Of a stretch of 64,000 bases of DNA, positions 51,621 to 64,000 are shown piece after piece. The DNA comes from Lama glama (Eukaryota). The position numbers and the translations under genes were made by a program. The stretch lies in assembly GCA_028534125.1 (NCBI GenBank), contig CM052816.1:83888001-83952000 (forward strand). The letters are read 5' to 3'. A model generated the notes under the pieces. The model searched no databases, had not been told where the DNA came from, and worked only from the letters and a program-made list of their open reading frames with translations. Position 1 is the stretch's first letter. Each line of letters begins with the position of its first letter.

Positions 51621-53754
51621 AGGTTTGCCTAGATGGCATCACAAAGATTTAGCTAATTTTATTGGTAAATAGCAGAAGGCACCGTATTATCACATTGTAT
51701 TTTGCATATATTTAGCTCTTATGAAATGCAAAATATATTACCATCTGTAACTACATGATACATGCTAGTACAGGAAGCCAACTCGTGCATCAGTGGGATC
51801 TCCCAAGCACTGTTTTCTTATTTCAGTGCAAAGGAAGGTTCATAAACCACTTCCTTAAAAGTTCAGCTTTAAAAGGAAAAAAACAACACAGTCATGCAAA
51901 CACTGGGTTCTTTATGCAAATATTATCACCTTTTTTTAAAATTTTGTGTTTCTCAAAGGAGTTTTTTGTAAAAATCGTAAATGAAAAAGTTAATAGGAAG
52001 AAAATAATATGAATTTTAATTAAACCTATATTTAGTTGTGGCATGCAAATATTTTAGTGGACTCTATTACTTCATAATTTTTTATTCCAATAAACTTTTA
52101 AAATATGAAGTAGTAAAATTAGATTTATATTCATTCATCTTGTAACTATTAAATCCGAAACTCAAAACAAGTTTAAAAGCAAGATACAAGCAGTATTAAA
52201 AATTATATAATTAAAGTAGGCAACACTAATCCAATGTGAAAAATACTTTTTGCTAAATTTAAATATTGAGTAGTACTGAAAAAATTTTTCTAGTGAAAGA
52301 ATCAATTGCTTTCAATTATATTAGCTTTTTTGTTTCTGAATATGACAAAAAATATTTGTAATATCATTTTTACTGTCCTTTCCTTACTTTGGAAACAGTG
52401 AAGTCATTTTCACCATGTGTGAATCATTTGCATGAGTTAATATATTTAATAAAGTACCATACAATATGATACTGAATGTTTAAAGTACTATTAAAAATTT
52501 GTCCCAGTGATTATTTATGACTGACTTCCCTTCCCTAATAAAAAAGTGGTTCAAGTTTAAATGTACAAACCTGGAATCTGAACAATGCTTATAGTCTTCA
52601 TGTGACTTTGTCCCTCATTATGCTAAGTAGTTTTTTGGATTTTTTTTTTGGCTTTGTCCTAAATATACTGCTATGCAAAATCTTAAGATGACTTAATTCT
52701 TAGAATATTTGTTCTTAAATTGCTATAAAAATGGGATTTGTGCAGCCACTCCTTATTTCATCTGATCTCTACTATGCTCAAAAGTCATCATAAATTTAAA
52801 AACAAATGCACATGTGGGCACTGAATTTATTTATTTTACCTTGTTAATCTGTCCTTTTGGGTGATTCAGAATGTATTAAATGATTTTGTTAAATTAGGAT
52901 TGAAAATCAAATAAAACATTATCTTTTTAAAGTCTCAATAAATTAAAAATACCAGAGAATATGTCACTTGTAGAGTCCTTTAAAAACACCAAGAGTGTGT
53001 CGATCTTTATTTAAAAATCACTGGGTCTGTTCCCTTTACAACAGAGTTGAATATTCTTCCTGCAGACTTCAAATAAAGGGTACTGGGCTGGAAAGTCATA
53101 CGCCGTCAAGCACCCTTCAGTCAAATCATCAAACTGTCTAATTGCCTCTTCTATTCAATATATCTTCATTGATAAGCTAATAGCAAAGAAGAAATAAACC
53201 CTAGTTTTTAGTACTAACCTTCCAGGGGGTGACATCCAAAGAGAAACTAAATGAAGGTTAAGCCCATGGTACAGGAAATACAGCATTGGCCTTTGAACTC
53301 CCAGCCCAGCACATTATTTCCAGGAGTAATCTGTAACATCTGCAGCACTGGGAGGCTCACCGTAACTAAACTAAGATCCATGTGAGACTCCTCTAGCTGT
53401 TCCCATTGGGTGGCTTAAAGCAATAGTGGCAGCTCCACAAAAGCTGACATTTCATTAGGCAGCACTTAGATAAACTTCCCACCACACAAGTAGGTTAATG
53501 CAGTCACAGAATTTCCACTGAAATTTTAAGAAATGTGAAATCATGACATCAGGCAGAGCAGTACAACTCAAAGAACACTGAGCAATACATGAATAAAATA
53601 TGACTTAAAAGAAAACATTTCAAATATTATATCAAACCTTAAAAAAAGTCAGAATAATCAATAAATATAAAGCCCTGAGATGCATTCCAATTTAAAAAAG
53701 AAGTATCTACTTGTAATGTTATCAATATGCTTAAAGCTAATCTACATTTTGTCG

Positions 53755-54143
53755 TGGTAACTGTGAACCAGGGTGGTAGTCAGAATCTGCGCTGAATCTT
53801 TTCTTTCCATTTTGGGAACCTGGTAGGACTGGGCGATTCTAGCCTCTGGTGGTTGGCTTTGGTGGTTCCTGTGATTTGCTCAGGTCAACAGAATTGAAGA
53901 AGTATTGTGAATTTGGATGTAAATTCCAAGAGGCAATACATAATGCGCCATCTTCTTTCCCTCTGCCGCGACAACCAGCAGAGATCTGCACAGCAACCAC
54001 TTTTTCACTCTGGGTCCCAGAATGCAAAAGACAGGAAGGAGAGCTCCCTACCTGGCCAAGATGAACATACTGTTTTAAGCTTCTGAGATTGTGTAATTGC
54101 TTGTGTCTTACCAAAGCATATTCCCAAGGCTACTAATTGATGC
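53755..54143 (+). mobile_element. MaLR LTR (MLT1I/J-like)
   Basis: 'tgtgatttgctcaggtcaacagaat', 'tctttccctctgcc', 'ctgggtcccagaatg', 'tgttttaagcttctgagatt'. Confidence 0.65.
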
Positions 54144-54551
54144 CATCAGCATTTGTGAAGCAATTTATTTACAGCTATTCTTGTATTTTTCTGAATTTCT
54201 ACTGCATCACGTTTTGAAATACCCAACTGTAAGATCAAGAAACCAACTTCAAATCATTGTTATTTTATCAAATAAGACATATATAAATTGCATATAAAAA
54301 CTGTAACAACCTATTATTTTTCTTTTTTTTAATCTCAAAAAATGTAAACTGTTTCTTATTCCCTGTGTTTCAGTCCATCTTTGGAAAAGCAGGTCATATA
54401 AGGAATATAATATTATGCTATGGTAGTAATTTTCTATTTTATAACAGTTTAAATTCAAAGACAACTTATACCTATAAAATATAGATCATAAGAAACAAGA
54501 AACTAATCATTTAGTCATTAGTTTTAGAAAATGTTGTTTCCTGTTTGTAAT

Positions 54552-54658
54552 TAGAAAAAGAACAAAGCCCAAAGTCAGGAGAAGGAAGAAAATGATAAAG
54601 ATCAGAGCTGAAATAAATAAAATAGAGACCAAAAAGACAATGGAAAAGATCAATGAAA
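54552..54658 (+). mobile_element. Isolated, well-preserved LINE-1 ORF2 fragment
   Basis: 54562-54657 translates TKPKVRRRKKMIKIRAEINKIETKKTMEKINE, matching L1 ORF2p just after the endonuclease domain (cf. PKASRRKEITKIRAELNEIETKK). Confidence 0.85.
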
Positions 54659-54659
54659 T

Positions 54660-55318
54660 GCACTTTGTATCCTCTTCGGCCTCTGCCAGATCTCTGGTGG
54701 CCTCGTTGTAACTGCCTGTGTCTCTAGGGGCATTGGAGCCTTGCTCCGAATGGTGTCACTGCTGTCATTGGCTTTGCTGCTTGGCACACAGGGATTGTGG
54801 GATTCTCTGCCATGTTCAAGGTCACCTGAGTTGCCAGCTCTGCTACCACTGGGGGAAGGTGGGGAGGACCCGGAGTCCAGGGTGCCTCAGTTGCAGCCAA
54901 GGGTTGTGAGATTCATGGACGTCGCTGCTGCAAGCAGAGAGGGCTGAGTCATGGGCGCCTGTGCACCTGGAGGGACAGGATCATAGACTCTGCTGCTCGG
55001 TTCCCTGTGGACACTGGTGCCACTGCGGCTGGAGCAGCTGGAGTCATGTACACACTTCCTCTGCTGCCACTGGGCTCTCTGGGGTTGCCACAGCCAGGTG
55101 ACCAGGACTGCAGGCATCCCTTCATCTGTTCCTCTGGCTCCGCCTCCTCTGTGTGTCCCAGTCCACCCACTTTAGATGGACAGACACAGGGAAATTTCTG
55201 GCATCCTTGTGTGTTAGGCAGAGGAATCTTTGTGGAGTTATGGATGTTTTACGGTTGTAGACTGAAGGAGAGAGACAAAGGGAGGAGCTCATGCTGCCAT
55301 GATGCTGACATCACTCCT
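54660..55318 (-). mobile_element. LINE-1 5' UTR (L1M2/L1MA-type), GC-rich
   Basis: The minus strand starts 'ggagtgatgtcagcatcatggcagc...cctccctttgtctctc', like L1 5' termini (GGAGTGACGTCAGCAAGATGGC); explains the cluster of GC-rich ORFs at 54718-55339. Confidence 0.65.
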
Positions 55319-56658
55319 CAAGATGTCATTTGTGATTAAATATTTAAAAAAGGAAAAAGATTGAATTAAGTGGGAACCACAATAGAAGCATATTGATGGT
55401 GCATAAATGTAAATTTGTCACATTGAAAATCACATTTAAAAGACAATCTCTGTAAATAATTGTAAACAAAGTCTTTGTATCTATGTCTTTATAAATTATT
55501 ACAGAATTTATTTACTAATAAGGAGCTTTATGATTATAAAACAGGTAAGAAGATCACCACCATTCTGCATGTGGTTCCATGGAAGTCACGCACGCAAGAA
55601 TATACTCTGTTTAGAAGTAAGAATAACAGAACACAACAGAATCTGGGGTTCATCATTTACTTGAGTGTAAGTGAACTGAAAAATGTGCTGCAGAGATTCT
55701 TACAGGACATGATTATTGCCTGGGAAGACGAGATGAAGAGTTCCCAATCACTCCATCCTTCTCTAGCTTAAAAGTGTAGAATGTAAGCTAATAGACAAGT
55801 AAGTAATTGCAAGAGTTAAATGTTCTGGGATTGGGGATCCAACTTTCACATGCATTCAGTTGAATGCTCCAGAGCAGGTTGTGGATATAAGCAGAATTAG
55901 AGTACCTACACTAACAGCCTCAGAAGCACTTCATAATGAAAATTATAATTCCACAATAATGGTCCTTACTAAAAAAAAAAAAAAGCAAAAACTACAAAGA
56001 CTTTGAACCCATTCAAAGCATGATGCAAATTACATCAAAAAATGTCAAACATGCATATCTTGACCTACTTTCAACTCAAGATATAACTTTTCTATTGTAA
56101 ACCAAGGAATTTAATTTTAATAAATTCATCAGGTGCTTCTTATATGTCCAGCAGATCACAACTTCATTGGAATAGAACTCTCATTTGTCATATTTAGAAA
56201 ATTTATTGATACGGATAGAAAAGAAGATTTCGTGGCTCTAGTTGTTCAATAAACTCACCTAAATCTTTATAAATGAGATGGGGAAAAGTGACAATAACAG
56301 ACATGGGAGGACAAAACAGAGATATACAACCTTGAAACTGCAGAGATTGTGAAAGAAAAAAAAATAGGACAGAAACAATCACTGAAAAGTTACTTAGTAG
56401 TTTAAAATTTATCAGACTTACTTATGAAAATGCTGCTATAAAAAACACAAGAGCTCTCACTTAAATCTTGATGCACATCAATCAAGATATCCTCAAGGTA
56501 TTTGAATTTAAGAATTGTATAACTCTCACTGTATATTAAAAATATCTTTCCAAGGGGCAAGTTTCCAAGGGTGTTCTTGGTGTTTTTATATAGCATGAGA
56601 CTAAGCTATAACTTATTAATAGTTAATAGTTGGAATTACAAAAATGCACAATTACCGT

Positions 56659-57167
56659 TGTTGCCAGAGAATTGGTTCTTGTCTCGCTCAGGAAAGAATT
56701 CAAGTATGAGGCGTAGCAAAGTGAAAGCAAGTTTATTCAGGGACATTCACACTCCATAGATGGAACGTTGGCCGTCTCAGAAGGCAAGAGAGGTGGCTTT
56801 AGTAGATACACATTCCATAGACAGAATGCAATGCGTCTGTCCCACTCAGAAAGGAGAGTGGCCTCGAGGTGTGGTGGGGATGATTAGTTCTTACGTGCCA
56901 GGTACTTTCATATGCTAACAAGTGGGAGGATTATTCCAACTATGTTGGGGAAGGGGCAGGGATCCCCAGGAATTGGATCCCACCTACTTTTTGCCCTTTT
57001 ATGGTCAGCCTGGGAACTACCATAGTGCCTGTGGGTGTGGCATGAGGCTCAATGTCCACTGGAAGCCAAACTTTCTGCCATCTTGGTTCTAACCAGTTTT
57101 TGTCCTGTCCTCAATTGCTGTGTTAGTCCTTCAATAGTTATGCCTCGCCCCCTTCTCTTCTGTCTCA
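56659..57167 (-). mobile_element. ERV1-type solo LTR (509 bp) with 4-bp TSD
   Basis: TG...CA termini (tgttgcc...tgtctca); flanks ccgt 56655-56658 and ccat 57168-57171 (one CpG-type change); minus-strand AATAAA at 56732-56737. Confidence 0.85.
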
Positions 57168-58230
57168 CCATGTCCCTTATTATTATTATAAAATTATTTA
57201 TGTATATGTAACTTATAATAAGGTCCAGTACTGAAATGCAAAATCCTTCATGAAACTATGTGTAATGGGAAGCAGGAGATTGGTTCAGCATTGGCAAAGT
57301 GGTCTCTTAAGTCAGAGGTCATCCAATGTTTCTATGTTGGCTTTGTGTAAGTAAGTAATTCTGAGCTCACAGAATGTTGGTAAAAGAAGTATATAAGAAA
57401 GTGATAATTTGCTCCTTAGTATTATTGAATAAGTCTTTTGAGTAAACGATCAAATGAAGGATAACCACTGTGATCTGAAAAAAAAGCTTTGATGTAGAGA
57501 GACTTGTGAGAAACACGTTTCTAATAAAAAACATAAGGACAATGAACCCTGGCCTTGAGGTGGTATTCATTCATATTTCAATATAACTCATTGTGTTTTA
57601 GGATGTTTTATTTTACAAGATAAAAGTAAAAGTCTTGTGAACATTTGCAGTCATTAAGAAGAGTTTGCTTGTTATTTGGGTTGAGCTTGTTTGATCTTTG
57701 TCCTCTCATTAACCTCTTTTCATATTTACTTACTTGTGTTGCAACTGATGGTTTTCTAATTTATTTTTCCCTTCCTTTTATCTGGCCACTTGAGTAAAAA
57801 TTAGGTCAGGGAAGACAGTTAAGCTTTTGATGTTGCTATAATAGGATAGAGTTTGACAGGTGAAAAATCCAAGGGAGGTCTAATTCAAATTCATAGTGTA
57901 TGTGACTAAAGCAAAATATAAATCTAGCAAAGAAGAATTTAAACCAGTAACTAAGTATTTTGCCAAATGCATATATGTTAGGTTAACACCGAACGTTTAA
58001 ATGTCCTGAAGGAAATCGCATCTTCAATATGTACTTGGTTTGCATACTGGTCAAGCCATTTGATCCAATTCATAGAATCAATTTTTGAGAAAGAAAATTA
58101 AAATTCTAGATAGAACCACATATATACCAGAGTTTAAAATGTACTGAGACAATGCAAAATTCTTAGAATTGTCTTCTAGTCAATGATGGAAGTTATGAAT
58201 TTTATATATCTGAAGAATTGCTTTTATTTT

Positions 58231-58730
58231 NNNNNNNNNNNNNNNNNNNNNNNNNNNNNNNNNNNNNNNNNNNNNNNNNNNNNNNNNNNNNNNNNNNNNN
58301 NNNNNNNNNNNNNNNNNNNNNNNNNNNNNNNNNNNNNNNNNNNNNNNNNNNNNNNNNNNNNNNNNNNNNNNNNNNNNNNNNNNNNNNNNNNNNNNNNNNN
58401 NNNNNNNNNNNNNNNNNNNNNNNNNNNNNNNNNNNNNNNNNNNNNNNNNNNNNNNNNNNNNNNNNNNNNNNNNNNNNNNNNNNNNNNNNNNNNNNNNNNN
58501 NNNNNNNNNNNNNNNNNNNNNNNNNNNNNNNNNNNNNNNNNNNNNNNNNNNNNNNNNNNNNNNNNNNNNNNNNNNNNNNNNNNNNNNNNNNNNNNNNNNN
58601 NNNNNNNNNNNNNNNNNNNNNNNNNNNNNNNNNNNNNNNNNNNNNNNNNNNNNNNNNNNNNNNNNNNNNNNNNNNNNNNNNNNNNNNNNNNNNNNNNNNN
58701 NNNNNNNNNNNNNNNNNNNNNNNNNNNNNN
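58231..58730. other. Assembly gap (500 N)
   Basis: Run of N; the round length suggests a placeholder size. Confidence 1.
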
Positions 58731-61554
58731 ATTGCAGTACACTTGTGATCATTTCATCACTGTTAAGGCCTTGTGAAGAATTCTTTGTAAAAACATCTGT
58801 CTTTTTATTACAGAGCATGGTTCTTCTTACTAAAATCAACAACCTATAATATTGAATTTTTTATAAAATAATGAAAAATATCCTGCGACACAGATTGAAA
58901 ACAATGTTTTTAGTAGTTTTGAAACAGAGTGAAAACGTATTGTAGATACTGATGAAGTTCAGGTAAGGAATGAGGACATAAAGACTTGAGTGATAATTTT
59001 TGATAAAGTATATATTATTGATAGATATTTAGTCTTAGGGATTTGCACTTCAAGGAGGAGATTTCTGACCATTTAGTCCTTACACTGGGGTCTCTGCACT
59101 CAAGTGTGACTCCCTTGCAACTAGGAAAAAAGCCATGCTCGGGAACAGCATAACCACCTTTGGGTAAACCTTTTAGTTTTAAAGAGTGACTTGAGTGTTT
59201 TAGACACGAGGCAATTTGTCTGTACCTTTTAATTCTAATCAATCATTGATGTTGCTGTGTCTCTCTAGGATTCCTTCCAACTCATAAATATTTCATATGA
59301 ATTTTTTTTCCAGTTTTGGCATAGAGAATTTAGATAATCAAAAGATGTGTCAAATACTATTATAGCACTTTTGCAAATTCGCAAACTCCTTTAAATTTGT
59401 AGGCAAAACAACACCAAGTAGTGTGAGTCTGGCTGAGAGCCAAATGCAAACTCTTCACAGTTCTCTCATTGACAGTCCTCCCATGGCCTTTCTGAGTGGC
59501 AGTCCCTTCTTTCCTTCTAGCATGGAAAATTTAATAAAAGCAGTCATATCTCATTTTCCCCTCTTAGAGAATTTATCAGTAACGTTGAAACAGATTGTGT
59601 CTACAAAAAGCCAAGAAATAAAATACTGAATGGATTCGACAGAAGAACTCATGTTCAAGTGGTTTAGATAGTGTGGGAGAGATAAGAAAATTTGTTGAAT
59701 TAATGTTCTCGTATCTCAAACTTGTTTTACGATTATACATACAGAGCAACACATAGAACTCTAAGCATTAGTCACATGCTGATATTTGATTCACCTTCCA
59801 ATATCAATTTTGTTAAATGCCTTCCTATGTTCTAGTATTCATTATCTCACTTAGGCACAGGCACTTAGATCCTGCCCTGGGTTCTGTGCCTGGGGGCTGG
59901 GGGGTTGAGGAGGTGAGGATGGGTACTGTTTTTTGAAGTGCTACGAAATTTTCAAGTTTCCCGCAGTGCAAGGTTATCAGCTGTGGTCTTCATTTCTTTC
60001 ATTTAGTGCTTTCACTGACTCATTCTCAACCACTGATCATGTGTTGAATCAGACACCCTGAAGATATTCAGAACTTTCATCAATGTGACTGTCTCAGGGC
60101 CCCATGGCCCAGTGCCAGCTTCATGTGGCTGGCTTGGTGAGAGGATCATATCCTCTGTCCACTGCAAAATTTTGTGGAATCATGGTTTCTTTCACGGGCT
60201 ACCAGAACGTGCTATAACCTTGACTTTGAGTAAAGCAAATTAATTACATTGTGAGAATGTCCACAAGAAAACATAGCTCCCACCACAAAGCACACGCTGG
60301 CGGAGACCATGCTATCAGTGTTCTATACTTTCAATCATGCTTTTTACTGGAAAAGGCAATTATATAATTATAAAACAAAGGTAAAATAGCAGCTGAAAAC
60401 AGTAAAACTGTAAATAATTTTTGAAATGGTTTTAGAAACATGGGACTAAAGTAAGTTTGAGATGAAACTCAAATGTAACTGACCTTAGAGACCCAGACAA
60501 CATTTGCTGCCTCATGATTTGTCTACTGTCTACATCCTGGTGTATCCCTCTCATGTAAATTTCCCATTCCAGACACAATCAGGCGAGGCTCACAGACTTA
60601 AATCTTGCCGTTAGGAAAGAAAAGACCCTCTCCTGACTGCTTATGTATCCTCTCTCCACTAGTATATATGCACACTTCTGTGCAATCACTGTGTCTTTGC
60701 TCTGACAGCCAGAAACGTGATACTGAATTTAACAGCTCCTAAAAACATGCTTAGAGTAGAAAGGATGGCCAGATCCCAGAAGAAGAATTAGTGAAAGGAA
60801 AAAATGTATTCAATGCATAATAGCATAATAATGGTGGTAGCAGTAATATATTACACATAAATATTCAAAAATTCAGACATTTTTTGAATTGAGAAATTTA
60901 ATAAAGGTTTTATGAATTTGTTTTATATTTGTTTTATGAATATGGTACTTATTTGAATAATATTGTAGTGTGTAAAATAGTTAAATATCCTTGAGTCAAA
61001 CAGGCTATATTGCAAATTCACTGAATATAAAATCATGCAGTCTGAGTCCTTGTTTTAATTTGTACTGATTTGCTTGGCTAGCCAGGTAGAGTCTTTAGGT
61101 GTTTTGGAGAGGATCTTCTTCACTTCAAAAGCCTTTGTTTAGATCATCCAATATTGCAAGTGAAATGGGAAGAGTGCTGTTTAACTCCTCAGCCTTACTA
61201 CTCTTCACATCTTTCCCAGATTTTGCGGCGCTTTCAGAGGGCATTCTGTGATCTTCAGGACCAAATTGAAAAACATTAAACTGTATAATCTATGAATCTA
61301 AATATATTATCAAACCCTCTTTACTATTGCATGAAACCAAACTGTAGTGATAGAAACAGAACTGTTCAAGACCTAATAAAAATGGCATATAATTTGAAAA
61401 ATAAAGCTATTGAATCTGTTTTTAGTAAGCATTGCTTTTGGATTTATGGTAACAGCAATATCTTTCTCCTTATGAAAAGAGAAAACGAGTACTAGGGGAA
61501 ATTTCTGATGTCTTTCTAATTTTTTTAGTGGTTTTTACTAAAAAAATTTACACT

Positions 61555-63560
61555 TTTTAAAAAAAATAGCAATTTATTGGTATGTTCACATATTACACAA
61601 TTATCTATTTAAAGTATACAATTTAATGGATTTTAGTATCTTCAGATCAGTAGAATTATTGTAACAGTAAATTTTAGATAATTTAAAGCATCTTAAAAAT
61701 AATCTATGCCCCTGTTGCAATCATTTCTCCTTAATTCTTCAACCTTGATTACAGTTCACAGAGAATGACTCCTATATTTTCTTCTAGCAATTTTGTAGTT
61801 TTACTTCTGTCTTAATATTATTAAGTCTTCTGATCCATGATATGAATGTGTTTCCATTTATTTAGGTCTTTAATTTCTTTCATAGTATAAATTTTGTACT
61901 TTTTTGTTGAATGTATTCCTAACTATATTATTTTAATACTGTTAGAAAAGGAATTAATTACAGTTTATACACAGAAAATGGATTTTTATTTATTGATCTT
62001 GTACTCTACAAGCTTGCTTAATTTATTTATTAGATCTAATAGATTATTTTTAGTGAGTTCTTTGGAATTTTCAATGATGTTTTCTCCTCACAGAAATTGT
62101 TTTACACCTTGCTTTATGTAAATGTCCTAGCTGGAACTTCCAGTAAAATGTTGAATAAAAGTAGGGGGAGTAAACATTACTTTGATTTGTGACTTTAGGA
62201 AGAAAGTATTTGGACTGTTACGAAAGATGATGTTAGCTGTTGGATATTTTGTAGATGCTTTTTACTAACCTGAAGAAGTTTCCTCTCTTCCTAGGATGTA
62301 GAGCATTTTTTTTAATCATGACGGTTTATTGCATTTTGTCAAATGTCTTTTCTATATCTACTGAGATGATTATGCGGTTTTATCTTTATTCTATTGATGT
62401 GACAGTAATTGATGTTCAGATGTTAAACAAACCTGGGATAAATATTGCTTGGTCATGAGGTGTAACAATTTTAATATGTTGCTGGATTTGGTTGCTAATA
62501 TTTTGTTGAGGATGTTTGTGTCTATATGAGCAAGGGAGTCTGTTGTTTCTTTGCTTGTAATATTTTTCTGTGACTTGATACCAGAGTAATACTGACTTTA
62601 TAGAATAAATTGAGAAATATTTCTTTTTATTTTTAAAGAGTTGGTGAAGAATTAGAATTAATTATTCTTTATATATTTGATAGAACTCACCATGAGGATA
62701 TCTGGACCTGGAACTTTCACTGTGAGATGTTTTTGAATTACTGTTTAGACTCTTGATTTGTTATTGTTCTGTTTAGAATTTTTATTTTTTAAGGCAATTT
62801 CTGTTGTTTGTGTCTTGTTATTTCTATTACATTTGACTTAATTTATCCAATTTGTTGACATACATTTGTTTATAATCCTTTTTATTTATGTATATTCAGC
62901 AGCAATGTACCATGTATTACTAATTTTAGTAATTTGAATCTTTGCTCTTGCTATCTTGATCAGTTTAGTTTAAAAGATTAATTTTGTTGCTTACTTAAAG
63001 AAACAACTTTTATTTATATTGATTTTCTCCATTGTTTATCTATTTTTGATTAATTATCACTCTAATAATTATTGTTTTCTTACTCTGCTTACATTAGGTT
63101 CAATTTGCTCTTATTTTTACAGTGTCTTAAGGTGGAAGTTTAGGTTATTGCTTTAATTATCCTTTATTAATATAAGAATTTAAAGCTATAAATTTCCCCT
63201 TTAATCATGGTTTTTGTGACACCCTGTAAGTTTTCATATGTGCGTCTTTGTTTTCATTCATCTCAAAATATTTTCAAGTTCCCATTTGAATTTTTTCCTT
63301 TATCTATTTGGTATTGAGGACTGTGATGTGTAATTTTTGAAGTTCTCATATTTTCCTCTGCTATTTATTTTAATTTTACTCCATTGTGGATGAAGGATTT
63401 ACTTTGTAAGATATAATTTCTTTCCAATATTGTAGTTTGCTTTATGGCCTAGTGGATGATCTATTCTGAAGGATGTTCCATGTGCACTTGAGAAGAATAT
63501 GAATTCTGCTCTTGTTGGGTGGAGTGTTCTTATTCATAGATAGATCTTGGGTCCAGCTGG
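61555..63560 (-). mobile_element. L1MB-like element: 3' end plus ORF2 segments with internal deletions
   Basis: 'tttaaagtatacaatttaatggattttagtat' (3' end), then antisense ORF2: 'ttccagtaaaatgttgaataaaag', 'gatgttagctgt', 'ctaatattttgttgaggat', 'gttccatgtgcacttgagaagaat'. Confidence 0.88.
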
Positions 63561-64000
63561 ATTAGTAATAATCACCATTACCCAACCATATAATAGCCAA
63601 GGCTTCAGGCTACTTTTAATAAATGAAACTGACTTGGCATTAACAAATGATTATGAATGACAAGCTACAAAGACTTTCAAACTTAGTAACGTGGTATTTG
63701 CGTGTATGTGTGAGCATGCATATTTGGAGAATGTAGTTCCAGGAAATCATTTGTTTAGTTTAATTTCACAACTTGATTTTCTGGTTCAAATTGCTATTCT
63801 GAAGCAGCCCAAATTTTGAAGCTCCCTTGGAACAGCTCTGGGTCAAACAGGCTTCCTGTCTCTTTTCCTGTAAATAGTCCTCCATTCCCACTAAGTAGTG
63901 AGAATCGCCTATCAGAACTGATTTTTAATGGCAGGGCTAATAATAATTATAGATAGATGCAGAGGAAAATATTTCCAAATGGATAGAAAGTGACTCATAT

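Noticed and set aside
49135..53446. 19-nt direct near-match ggcagc(c/t)ccacaaaag(a/c)tg at 49135-49153 and 53428-53446
   Set aside because: 17/19 with no extension; plausible by chance in 64 kb
54718..55339. Cluster of overlapping GC-rich ORFs, one with a signal-peptide-like start (MVSLLSLALLLG)
   Set aside because: Lies in an L1 5' UTR-like repeat; high GC suppresses stops on both strands; no splice or homology support
58180..58842. Longest ORFs in the track (172-220 aa)
   Set aside because: Artefacts of translating through the N gap
1..64000. Inferring a host gene and its strand from L1 orientation bias
   Set aside because: L1 fragments occur on both strands with only a mild minus excess, and no exon of a recognisable gene was found

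Overview
AT-rich, CpG-depleted mammalian non-coding DNA (gene desert or the interior of a very long intron). It is probably camelid, inferred from two tRNA-derived SINEs resembling the camelid Vic-1 family. I find no supportable protein-coding gene, RNA gene or prokaryote-type system; the ORF track is explained by chance ORFs, decayed transposons, microsatellites and a 500-N gap (58231-58730). Much of the window is old interspersed repeat (L1M, L2, MIR, MaLR/ERVL LTRs, MER5), including two separate ERVL-type internal fossils (gag-pro-RT-RNaseH on - at ~30.55-32.8 kb; RNaseH-integrase on + at ~13.7-14.9 kb) and an ERV1-type solo LTR with its TSD. The best unexplained signal is an inverted-repeat pair in apparently unique sequence (47892-47930 / 50369-50407, 37/39 identical, ~2.4 kb apart), whose right arm sits next to a possible 75-nt exon. 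A YY1/GCGTG motif cluster at 15.5-16.0 kb comes second. Repeat family names are from recalled consensus similarity, not a database search, and boundaries of old repeats are approximate. I cannot confirm any novel biological system here.
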